The notes under the pieces are model-generated. The model was not told the origin of the DNA, did not search any database, and saw only the letters and a list, made by a program, of their open reading frames with translations. Source: Bacilli bacterium (GTDB taxonomy: Bacteria > Bacillota_I > Bacilli_A > RFN20 > CAG-826). From it: a stretch of 64,000 bases of DNA. Positions 48,254 to 56,994 of this stretch are shown here, in pieces (the first letter of the stretch is position 1; every line of letters begins with the position of its first letter). The DNA lies in NCBI GenBank assembly GCA_016296775.1, contig JAEDIE010000002.1, positions 7,958-71,957 of the forward strand, in the 5' to 3' direction. The position numbers and the translations under genes are program-made.

Positions 48254-50091
48254 TGAGAAAAAACTTCAAAACATGTTTAACCTTAGCAGCTACTTTATTA
48301 GTTGGTTTAGGAAGTATTGCAGTTACAAGCTGTAACGGAAATGGTGATACTAATACTTCTACAAGCCAATATAAGGTTGTAATTAATGCTATTGGTTCAA
48401 CAACAATCAATCAAAGTAAAACTCTTCAATTAAGAGCTAACGTTACCGGAACAACAGACAAAAACGTCACATGGAGTTCAAGCGATGAAACTATCGCTAC
48501 AGTTAATGAAAGAGGTGTTGTAACCGGAGTTAAAGAAGGTAAAGTAAAAATTAGAGCAACATTAAATATCGATTCAAACGCTTATGGAGAAATTGAAGTT
48601 ACTGTTTTAAGAAGTGCTCTTCCTACATCTTTAACAATTCAAGGTATTGAATCAGGATTAAAATGGATCGGTGATAAAGCAACATTATCAATTAAAGTAG
48701 AACCTGAAGATGCAAGTAGTTTAGTTACATGGTCAACATCAAATGATAAAGTTGCAACTATTTCTGAAGCAGGTGAACTTGAATTTATTGGAGAAGGTGA
48801 AGTTAAAATTTCTGCTACAAGTAAAGATGATGCAACAGTTTCAGCATCATTAGATTTTACAGTTAAATTTGGTACATTTAGTGCAACAATGGGTTCTCCA
48901 AACTGGGATATTTCTAAACAAGCAGATGATACAAAGAAGGAAGTTTCTTTATCTGAAGAAGGTGGAAAAGGATATAATACTCTTTACTTTACACATTCAA
49001 AAGGAACAAGATACTATGCTGAAGCTTACTTTAAAGTTCCAACAATTGTTATGGACTATACTTGGGCATGGCAAGGTGTTGGTTTAGGAAGTGGATTAAG
49101 CGATACAAATACAAGATATTTCACATTTAGTCCTCACTCACCAGCTACTCCAGAAAATTCATTTCATAAGACAATTGTTAGAGATAGACCTACAAGCTGG
49201 GACGCTTTAACAACACGTTCTCAAATTTGGGGTGAAAATGGTCTTGATGAAATTGATGTAATTAATACTGGTGTTAAAGTTGGTTTATTAAGAGATGAAA
49301 ATAAATACTATTACCTACTTAATGATCGTTTGTTCTATGTTGATGAAACAACAAAATATGACCAAGTAGAAACATATCCAATTCTTGTAGCTGAAGATTT
49401 ACCTGTTAAAGTTACAGACTTTAGTTCAACTACAGATGAAGAATATATTAATAATTTATTAAATAGCGCTACATTTAAGAAATCATTCTTTGCAAGTAAT
49501 CCTAATATTGTTAACTACGAAAGCGATGCAAGATTCTCATTTGATTCAAATACAGTTTTAAGTAAAGATAATAAAGTTAGATCTTTAGGTGATAAAGCTA
49601 AAGTTACAAGAAATTTTGAAGTTGAATTCGATTTATCATTATTAGACTTTAATAATTCTCATATTTCTAGAGGATTCACTGGTATGACTCTTAACTTCAC
49701 ACGTTATGATTCTGCTGATGCTGTTGAATCTATGATGATTGGAAGAAGCTCGATTCAATCAGAAAATACTAACATTATTGGAAGATATGCAAGTTGGAAT
49801 TATCAAAAATCAATGGATGATCCAACTAGTATTTCTAAATATTTAGAAAGTAGTGCAGCTGTTATGGCTAATCCAAACGATAAAGTACATGTAAAAGTTA
49901 CACGTACTTTAGATGAAAATAATAGAAGTAATTTTGCTTTATATGTTGATGGGGATTTAGTTGAATTAGATGTTAAATCTTCCTCAACAGTTTTAGCTCA
50001 AGAAAGATACACTGGAGCATACCTCATTTGGGTTGGTGGTGAATACACTGCAGGACAAGTTGAAAATTTTGTTTTCAAAAACTTAGATTAA
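48253..50091 (+). CDS. Surface lipoprotein: 2 Big_2 (bacterial Ig-like) domains plus about 400 aa of uncharacterised beta-rich C-terminal region
   Basis: 612 aa with a lipobox at VTSC. Big_2 signatures are present (TLQLRANV...VTWSSSDETIATVNERGVVTGVKEG, VTWSTSNDKVATISEAGELEFIGEG). The C-terminus has no motif I recognise. Confidence 0.7.
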   Translation: MRKNFKTCLTLAATLLVGLGSIAVTSCNGNGDTNTSTSQYKVVINAIGSTTINQSKTLQLRANVTGTTDKNVTWSSSDETIATVNERGVVTGVKEGKVKIRATLNIDSNAYGEIEVTVLRSALPTSLTIQGIESGLKWIGDKATLSIKVEPEDASSLVTWSTSNDKVATISEAGELEFIGEGEVKISATSKDDATVSASLDFTVKFGTFSATMGSPNWDISKQADDTKKEVSLSEEGGKGYNTLYFTHSKGTRYYAEAYFKVPTIVMDYTWAWQGVGLGSGLSDTNTRYFTFSPHSPATPENSFHKTIVRDRPTSWDALTTRSQIWGENGLDEIDVINTGVKVGLLRDENKYYYLLNDRLFYVDETTKYDQVETYPILVAEDLPVKVTDFSSTTDEEYINNLLNSATFKKSFFASNPNIVNYESDARFSFDSNTVLSKDNKVRSLGDKAKVTRNFEVEFDLSLLDFNNSHISRGFTGMTLNFTRYDSADAVESMMIGRSSIQSENTNIIGRYASWNYQKSMDDPTSISKYLESSAAVMANPNDKVHVKVTRTLDENNRSNFALYVDGDLVELDVKSSSTVLAQERYTGAYLIWVGGEYTAGQVENFVFKNLD

Positions 50092-50140
50092 AAATATATA
50101 GGATTTACATATGTTTTTGAAAAAATAATGAGGAAATAAT

Positions 50141-51895
50141 ATGAAAAAATCTAAAATAATTTGGGCTTCTATATTAATAGGAACATTAGGTATTGGATTA
50201 GCTGCATGTAATCCAAGCGGACCTTCTGTTAAGTTAGAAGTTGAAATCGAAATCACTTCTACTACAACGACAGTTATGGCTGGAGAAACTTTACAACTTA
50301 GTGCAGAAGCTAAAAATGGTAAAACAAACGAGGTTTCATGGTCAAGCAGTGATACAAATGTTGCTACAATTGGTGAAGCAACTGGTTTAGTTACAGCTTT
50401 ACGTAGAGGTACAACAACAATTACTGCTACAGCTGTTGATGATTATACAAAAACAGCAACAGTTGTTATTACTGTTAATGATTTAAGCCCTGAATCAATT
50501 ACAATTTCTGGTTATAAATCAACTACTCTTCGTTCACATTCAACACTTCAATTAAGCGCAACTGTTTTGCCAAGTGATAAAATTCAAACTATAAGTTGGA
50601 AAACAAGCGATCCTAATATTGCTACAGTAAGTGAAACAGGCCTTGTTAGTTTTGTTGGTGAAGGTGAAGTTACAATTAGTGCTGTTTCTACAGCTAACGA
50701 CGAAGTTAAAGGTGAAGTTAAGTTTAATCCTTACTATATTGTCTCATCATTCTGGGGAAACGAAAGCTGGGATTTCAGTGGTCTTCATGGAATGGAACCA
50801 ACATTTAAGAGCAAAAATTCATCAATTAATCAAAATGCTGTTTTAAATAATTCAACTGGAAAATACTATGCTTTTGAAGCAACAGCTAAAATCACAGACC
50901 CTTCAACATCTGATACATGGTCAAGAGTAGGATTAGGACATATTCCTACAAATAATAGTGATAAAATCCACGCTTTAATGGTTTCTCCTGGACCAAATTT
51001 TAGTCAAAGAAAAACAGTTGTCATGGATGTTGTTAAAGGCAATGTTCAATGGGGTACAGTAACTGATAGATCTCAAGTATGGGGTCAACATGATCAAAAT
51101 GTAATTGATTATAGTAACGTAAAACTTTCTGCCGTTAGAAACGGAAACGATTACTATTATTTCATTAATAATGAATTATATTGGGTTGAAAAAGATTTTA
51201 ATGAATTTAGTGATGTTGATACATATCCAGCATTCCATACCGGAAATACTAATGTTGAATTTTCTAAAATTAGTGTAGTTACAGGTGAAAAAGAAGTTCA
51301 AACTTATCTTGCAAATAATCCTACTTCTAATAATTATTACTATGCAACTTATAAAGATAATGTTGTAGTAGATAAAACTAATAATACAATTAAGTTTATT
51401 AATTGTGAAAACGGTGTAACCACCAATGTTAAAGATCAAGCTATTAAACCTCTTGGTAGTGCAATGTTATTAAAAGATAAAACAAATACTAAGATTTCAT
51501 TTGATTTTACATTAGATTTAATTGGAAATCGTGATGCAAATCCTGCTTTAGCTATTACTGTTACTAGATATGATTCTTCAACTTGGGAAGCAAGAAGTGG
51601 TGTAATTTGTGAAACAAAAGCTGGATTTACTGGATGGAATTCAAATGGTGATTTAAATGCTGGTATTGGAGATGGTGGAAGAGAATATACTACTCCTTTA
51701 CTTGAAGGTCAAACATATCATGTTGATTTTTATAAATTATCAAGTACATCAACTGGAACAGATACAAGACTTGTAGTTAATGGTGTTGATTATGCTCATG
51801 GTTGGGATGATGGATATCATGGTGCACATACATTTATGATTGGTACACGTGATATGAACGTTACAATCACTAACTTAACAGTTACACAAGAATAG
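50141..51895 (+). CDS. Surface lipoprotein, paralogue of the upstream gene (2 Big_2 domains plus an uncharacterised C-terminal region)
   Basis: 584 aa with a lipobox at LAAC, plus VSWSSSDTNVATIGEATGLVTALRRG and ISWKTSDPNIATVSETGLVSFVGEG. The C-terminus is collinear with the upstream protein (RSQVWG, YYYFINNELYWV, VTRYDSS). Confidence 0.7.
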   Translation: MKKSKIIWASILIGTLGIGLAACNPSGPSVKLEVEIEITSTTTTVMAGETLQLSAEAKNGKTNEVSWSSSDTNVATIGEATGLVTALRRGTTTITATAVDDYTKTATVVITVNDLSPESITISGYKSTTLRSHSTLQLSATVLPSDKIQTISWKTSDPNIATVSETGLVSFVGEGEVTISAVSTANDEVKGEVKFNPYYIVSSFWGNESWDFSGLHGMEPTFKSKNSSINQNAVLNNSTGKYYAFEATAKITDPSTSDTWSRVGLGHIPTNNSDKIHALMVSPGPNFSQRKTVVMDVVKGNVQWGTVTDRSQVWGQHDQNVIDYSNVKLSAVRNGNDYYYFINNELYWVEKDFNEFSDVDTYPAFHTGNTNVEFSKISVVTGEKEVQTYLANNPTSNNYYYATYKDNVVVDKTNNTIKFINCENGVTTNVKDQAIKPLGSAMLLKDKTNTKISFDFTLDLIGNRDANPALAITVTRYDSSTWEARSGVICETKAGFTGWNSNGDLNAGIGDGGREYTTPLLEGQTYHVDFYKLSSTSTGTDTRLVVNGVDYAHGWDDGYHGAHTFMIGTRDMNVTITNLTVTQE

Positions 51896-51905
51896 TTATA
51901 AAGTA

Positions 51906-51937
51906 TATAAGCATTCGGGTTTTTCCGAATGCTTATA
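51906..51937 (+). promoter_or_regulatory. Perfect 13-bp-stem intercistronic hairpin without a U-tract
   Basis: TATAAGCATTCGG-gttttt-CCGAATGCTTATA lies 11 nt after the stop at 51895 and 20 nt before the GH36 start. Confidence 0.5.
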
Positions 51938-51957
51938 ACAATAGGTAGGTAATCTAT

Positions 51958-54144
51958 ATGAAAATTGAATTTAGTAAGGAAAAACATATTTTTTCTATAA
52001 CAACCGAGAATCTAGCTTATTATTTTTCTATTACAAATAAAGGTATTTTAAAGCATCTATATTTTGGAGAATATATTGAAAGTATTGATGATGAATTAAT
52101 AAGTGATATTGGTTTTGATTGGGCTAAAACTTATTTTGATAAAAACGAATTAAAAGAAAAAGAATATGATGATAATTTTTATCATGATAGAAGCTTTTTA
52201 GAAATTGGAACTCACGGATTAAAAGATAATAGACCATCAAGTTTTGAAATTGAAGTTAATGGAAATAATAAGGTAGATTTTCGTTATGTAAATCATCGAA
52301 TTTATAAAGGAAAACCTATGTTAAATGGATTACCTCATTTTAAAGGAGATGAAAAAGATTCATTAACCTTAGAGATTACTTTAAAAGATGTTGTAAAAAA
52401 CATTTATTTAGAATTAAGTTATACAGTTATCGAAGGTATTGATTGTGTTTTAAGAAACTCGAAAATTATTAATAAAGAAAAAGAATGTAAAGTTGAAAGA
52501 GCCATGTCTTTAACTCTAGATTTACCAAGTGATCAATATAATTTAATCTCTTTTCCAGGAGATTGGAGTAATGAAAGAAATATAAATAAAGATAAAATTT
52601 CTTTTGGAATGAAAAGAATTTCTTCTAAATTTGGAAGAAGTGGACACGAACAAAATCCTTTCATGATTTTAGAAAAGAGTGAGGATTTAATAGGGTTTTT
52701 ACCTTCATACATAGGAATTTCATTTGTATATAGCGGTAATTTTGTTGAAGAAGTAAGTGTTGATAAAAATAAAACTACTAGAGTAAATATTGGAATAAAT
52801 GATGAAGATTTTTCATTCACTTTAAAAGAAAATGAAGAATTTGTTCTTCCTGAAGCTTTGTTAGTTTATTCTTCTTCTTTTGATGGATTAACTCAAAATA
52901 TACATGATCTAATTAGAGATCATTTAATTGATAGAAATCATTTAGATACTCAAGACAAGATTTTATTAAATTCTTGGGAAGCTTGTTATATGGATTTTGA
53001 TACTGAAAAAGTTATTAAATACATTAACGAAGCTAAAAAATTAAATGTTGGCTTATTTGTCCTTGATGATGGTTGGTTTGGAACAAGAAATAATGATTTA
53101 TGTTCATTAGGTGATTGGTATATTAATGAAGGTAAAATTAATTTAAGAAAAGTAGTTGATGAATGCCACAAAAACAACATGAAATTTGGTATTTGGTATG
53201 AACCAGAAATGATTAATCCAGATAGCGATTTATTTAGAAAACATCCAGAATTTATTGTTGGTGATATTTCTAAATATGATTTAGGTTTATCGCGTCATCA
53301 ATTAGTATTAGATTTCTCTAATCCTGTCGTTGTTGATAATATTTTTAATCAAATGTGTTCATTATTAGATAAATATGATGTTGATTACATTAAATGGGAT
53401 CACAATAGATGTCTTTATGATGCATATAGTTCATATTTAGGTTATGAAAATATTGGTAAATTCTTCCATGAAAACATTAAAGGAGTATATTCTTTACTTG
53501 CTAGATTAAAAGAAAGATATCCAAATATCTTATTTGAAGGATGTGCAAGTGGAGGAGGAAGATTTGATTTAGGAATGTTATATTACACTCCCCAAATTTG
53601 GACAAGCGATGAAACCGATCCTGTTCAAAGAATGTTTATTCAATATTCAACTAGTTTAATTTATCCTCTTTGTACAATGGGAAGCCATATTTCCAAAAAC
53701 CCAATAACAAACTATTTAACTAAAGGAAATGTTGCTTTATTTGGTACTTTTGGATATGAATTTGATCCTTTAAAAATTAATGAAGAAGAAAGAAAAGAAG
53801 TAATTATTTCTAGTGAAAATTATTTAAAACATCATAAACTTATTAAAAATGGTGATTTATATCATTTATATTCTCCTTTTGATACAAACTTTATGTGTAT
53901 GGAAGTAGTAAGTAAAGATAAGAAAGAGGCTATTGTTTTATTTACTAATTTAATTAAAGTTCGTAATACTTATAGAATGTTAAAACTTAAAGGTTTAGAT
54001 GATAATAAATTATATAGAAATTCATATAATAACAAAGTATTAAAAGGATATTTATATAAAAATGTAGGCATTAATTTAACAAGATGGTTTGATGAATTTT
54101 CATCTTTACTTATCTATTTGGAGGAGGTAAATGATGAAAACTAA
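51958..54144 (+). CDS. GH36 alpha-galactosidase (cytoplasmic)
   Basis: 728 aa with no signal peptide. The GH36 motifs DYIKWDHNR (nucleophile region) and EGCASGGGRFD are present. Confidence 0.88.
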   Translation: MKIEFSKEKHIFSITTENLAYYFSITNKGILKHLYFGEYIESIDDELISDIGFDWAKTYFDKNELKEKEYDDNFYHDRSFLEIGTHGLKDNRPSSFEIEVNGNNKVDFRYVNHRIYKGKPMLNGLPHFKGDEKDSLTLEITLKDVVKNIYLELSYTVIEGIDCVLRNSKIINKEKECKVERAMSLTLDLPSDQYNLISFPGDWSNERNINKDKISFGMKRISSKFGRSGHEQNPFMILEKSEDLIGFLPSYIGISFVYSGNFVEEVSVDKNKTTRVNIGINDEDFSFTLKENEEFVLPEALLVYSSSFDGLTQNIHDLIRDHLIDRNHLDTQDKILLNSWEACYMDFDTEKVIKYINEAKKLNVGLFVLDDGWFGTRNNDLCSLGDWYINEGKINLRKVVDECHKNNMKFGIWYEPEMINPDSDLFRKHPEFIVGDISKYDLGLSRHQLVLDFSNPVVVDNIFNQMCSLLDKYDVDYIKWDHNRCLYDAYSSYLGYENIGKFFHENIKGVYSLLARLKERYPNILFEGCASGGGRFDLGMLYYTPQIWTSDETDPVQRMFIQYSTSLIYPLCTMGSHISKNPITNYLTKGNVALFGTFGYEFDPLKINEEERKEVIISSENYLKHHKLIKNGDLYHLYSPFDTNFMCMEVVSKDKKEAIVLFTNLIKVRNTYRMLKLKGLDDNKLYRNSYNNKVLKGYLYKNVGINLTRWFDEFSSLLIYLEEVNDEN

Positions 54145-54991
54145 TGAAATTGTTTTAAGAGATCCTTTCATTTTATTAGATAAAAAATCTTCTACATACT
54201 ATATGTATGGAACTAATAACGAACTTGAGATTGGTTTTTATTGTTATTATAGTAAGGATTTAAATGAATGGAATGGTCCTGTTAAAGTGTTTTGTCCTCA
54301 AAATAATTTTTGGGGAACACAAGATTTTTGGGCTCCTGAAGTTCATATTTATAAAGATAAATATTATTTAATTGGATCATTTAAAAGTTCTACTAAATGT
54401 AGAGGATGTCAAATTTTAGTTTCTGATAGTCCTCTTGGTCCTTTTAATGTACATAGTGGAGTTGTTACTCCTTCTGAGCGGGAATGTTTAGATGGAACGT
54501 TATATTTTAAAAGTGATAAACCTTATTTAATTTTTGTTCATGAATGGCTTCAAATTAAAGATGGAGAAATTTGTGTTGTTGAATTAAGTAAAGATTTAAC
54601 AAAATATATTGGAACACCAAAAACCTTGTTTAAAGCAAGTGAAGCTAATTGGTCAAAACATCCTGCTTGGTATAAAGAACCAATTAATGTTTGTGATGGA
54701 CCATTTGTAGTTAAAGATCAAAATGATTTCCCGCTTATTTTATGGTCTAGCTTTCTTGAAGATTCTTATGATATTGGATATTCATATAGCGACGTAGATA
54801 TATTTAGCAATAAATATATTCATTCTAAAAATCCTTTACCTATTAAAGATGCAGGACATGGCATGATCTTTGAAGATTTGAACAATAAAAAATATTTAGT
54901 ATTACATGCTAATAATTCAGCTTCAGGTCATGAATACCCTGTCTTAATACCGGTAATTATTAAGGATAAACAGATAATTTTGGAGAATTAA
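54131..54991 (+). CDS. Small cytoplasmic GH43-family protein
   Basis: 286 aa with no signal peptide, plus LRDPFILLD...YYMYGT, FWAPEV and CLDGTLYF. The general-acid position reads CDGPF rather than xEGPx. Confidence 0.7.
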   Translation: MMKTNEIVLRDPFILLDKKSSTYYMYGTNNELEIGFYCYYSKDLNEWNGPVKVFCPQNNFWGTQDFWAPEVHIYKDKYYLIGSFKSSTKCRGCQILVSDSPLGPFNVHSGVVTPSERECLDGTLYFKSDKPYLIFVHEWLQIKDGEICVVELSKDLTKYIGTPKTLFKASEANWSKHPAWYKEPINVCDGPFVVKDQNDFPLILWSSFLEDSYDIGYSYSDVDIFSNKYIHSKNPLPIKDAGHGMIFEDLNNKKYLVLHANNSASGHEYPVLIPVIIKDKQIILEN

Positions 54992-54992
54992 A

Positions 54993-55889
54993 ATGAAAAA
55001 GAAAATTTTTGCATTTATGATTTTGCCTAGTTTATTAATGTCTTGTGGAAGTGCAAATTCAAATGGAAGTAATGATGACCCTCAAGATAATAAAGTTCAA
55101 GTTGTTTTAATGTTAGGCCAATCTAACATGGAAGGTCATACTCATTCACAATATTTATTAAATACTAAGGGCGAAGATAAGTTTAAAGAGTATGGAAAGG
55201 GATATGAAGATATCAAAATTTCATATCGTTGCTCAATTAATTTTAACGATTCAAATGGTCAATTTGTTGATGTTAAATTAGGACAAGGAACGAATATTGA
55301 AAGATTTGGACCAGAAATTGGAATAGCCGAAACATTACATGGAAAAGATTTTAAAAATAAAGTAATGCTTGTTAAGTTTGCTCAAGGAGCAACTTCTTTA
55401 TATAACCATTGGATGTCTCCAACTAGTGGTAGAAGTGGTCAATTATATACTTCATGTTTAGAATACTTCACCATGTGTATGGAAAATCTTGAAAGTCAAG
55501 GTTACTATCCTGAAATTAAGGCTATTTGTTGGATGCAAGGAGAAGATGATTCTAGTAGCTCAGAATATCATAAATATGAAACATTAGAAGAAAACTTTAT
55601 TAATGATTTAAGACAGGATTTAGCATATTATTCAACAAGTGAAGGCATATTTTTTATTGATGCTGGTATTTCAGATTGTGTTGCTTGGACACATCATATA
55701 GAGGTTAATAAAGCTAAATTAAATAATTCTAAAAAGAGTGATTTAAATATGTATTTTTCAACTATTGAAAATGGTTTAAAATATAACTTAGAACCAGTGG
55801 GTTCTCCTGATATATATCATTATGACTCAGATTCAATGATTAAATTAGGTAATTTATTCGGAGAAATGCTGTTAACAATTTTAAAATAA
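54993..55889 (+). CDS. SASA/DUF303-type carbohydrate O-acetylesterase lipoprotein
   Basis: 298 aa with a lipobox at LMSC, the signature VVLMLGQSNMEGH, WMQGEDD, and a C-terminal His (DIYHYDSDS). Confidence 0.75.
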   Translation: MKKKIFAFMILPSLLMSCGSANSNGSNDDPQDNKVQVVLMLGQSNMEGHTHSQYLLNTKGEDKFKEYGKGYEDIKISYRCSINFNDSNGQFVDVKLGQGTNIERFGPEIGIAETLHGKDFKNKVMLVKFAQGATSLYNHWMSPTSGRSGQLYTSCLEYFTMCMENLESQGYYPEIKAICWMQGEDDSSSSEYHKYETLEENFINDLRQDLAYYSTSEGIFFIDAGISDCVAWTHHIEVNKAKLNNSKKSDLNMYFSTIENGLKYNLEPVGSPDIYHYDSDSMIKLGNLFGEMLLTILK

Positions 55890-56866
55890 TGAATAAAAGA
55901 GTATCAATGAAAGACATAGCAACAGAATTAAATATTTCTGTTGATGCAGTTTGTAAAGCTTTAAATGATTCACCAAGAATTAGTAAAAAAACTAAGGAAA
56001 TGGTTAATTTAAAAGCTAAAGAACTTGGATATATTAAAAACACAAGTGCTTCTAATTTAAAGACAGGAAGAACTAATTTTATTGCTGTTTTTATAAACTC
56101 TTTTTTAAATCCTTATTTTGCTGTTGTTACTACTAAGTTGTTTCAACAATTAAAAAAGAAGGGATTTATTGGAATTCTTTGTTTTTGTGATAAGCATGTT
56201 TTAACTGCTGATTATCTTCAACAAGTATTTACTAATAACTGTGAAGCTGTAATTTCTTTGGTTGAACCAGCTGAAGATGTTGTTAGCTTGCTTGATGAAA
56301 ATAACGTCGAACTTTATGTATTGGGTATTAGATGTGAAAATAATAAAGTTAATTATGTAGTTACTGATGATTATGATGGTGGAAGATTAGTTGGAAAAGA
56401 ATTTAAAAAAGGAAATTATAATAAAGCAATGTTTGTTACAGATTCTTTATCTGGAACTAGTGATATTAGAGAAAAAGGATTTCTTGATGAATTAAAAGAT
56501 GTGAGAAATAATAGGGTTTTTGTATTAAAAGACAATCCAGAAACCGATATGTCTAAGGAAGTTATTAAAATGATTGCTAGAGAAAACATTGATTTTATTT
56601 TCTGTTTTAGTGATTATTTAGCTAATAAAGTTAGAAGATGGATCCTTTCATTTGATAATATTATTTATAAACGTACAAAAATTGTTGGATATGATTATAT
56701 TTATCATTATTCAGATTCTTATGAAGAAATTAGTTCAGTTGGTTATAGCATTAAAGAGCTTTGTAATAGTGCTTTAGATGATTTTATTGAGAAAAGAAAC
56801 AATAATATTTCTAGAGAGAATAAGATTAAAAAAGTCATTCCGGTTAAATATTATAACGTTCAATAA
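55889..56866 (+). CDS. LacI-family transcriptional regulator
   Basis: 325 aa with the N-terminal HTH VSMKDIATELNISVDAVCKALNDSPRISKKTKEMVNLKAKELGY and a periplasmic-binding-protein-like C-domain. Confidence 0.9.
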   Translation: MNKRVSMKDIATELNISVDAVCKALNDSPRISKKTKEMVNLKAKELGYIKNTSASNLKTGRTNFIAVFINSFLNPYFAVVTTKLFQQLKKKGFIGILCFCDKHVLTADYLQQVFTNNCEAVISLVEPAEDVVSLLDENNVELYVLGIRCENNKVNYVVTDDYDGGRLVGKEFKKGNYNKAMFVTDSLSGTSDIREKGFLDELKDVRNNRVFVLKDNPETDMSKEVIKMIARENIDFIFCFSDYLANKVRRWILSFDNIIYKRTKIVGYDYIYHYSDSYEEISSVGYSIKELCNSALDDFIEKRNNNISRENKIKKVIPVKYYNVQ

Positions 56867-56898
56867 AGACAAAAATAATAAAAAACCATATGATTTCC

Positions 56899-56928
56899 CA
56901 CTTATTTTTTAAAAATAAGTGTTTTTTT
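56899..56928 (+). terminator. Rho-independent terminator closing the glycan locus
   Basis: CACTTATTTTT/AAAAATAAGTG hairpin followed by TTTTTTT. Confidence 0.75.
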
Positions 56929-56967
56929 CTTTATTTATATATTTATGAGAAAAAATGATTATTTTAT

Positions 56968-56975
56968 TGTATAAT
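56968..56975 (+). promoter_or_regulatory. Extended -10 promoter element for gdpP-rplI-dnaB
   Basis: TGTATAAT lies 19 nt upstream of the ATG at 56995. No good -35 is visible. Confidence 0.4.
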
Positions 56976-56994
56976 AAAATAAGAGCGAAAATTT

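Noticed and set aside
49249-49266. E-I-D-V-I-N in the first Big_2 lipoprotein, which resembles the GH16 catalytic motif E-x-D-x-x-E
   Set aside because: The final Glu is Asn, and the paralogue has N-V-I-D-Y-S at the same place, so the motif is not conserved. At most it hints at a GH16/LamG-like jelly-roll fold. It is not evidence for catalysis.
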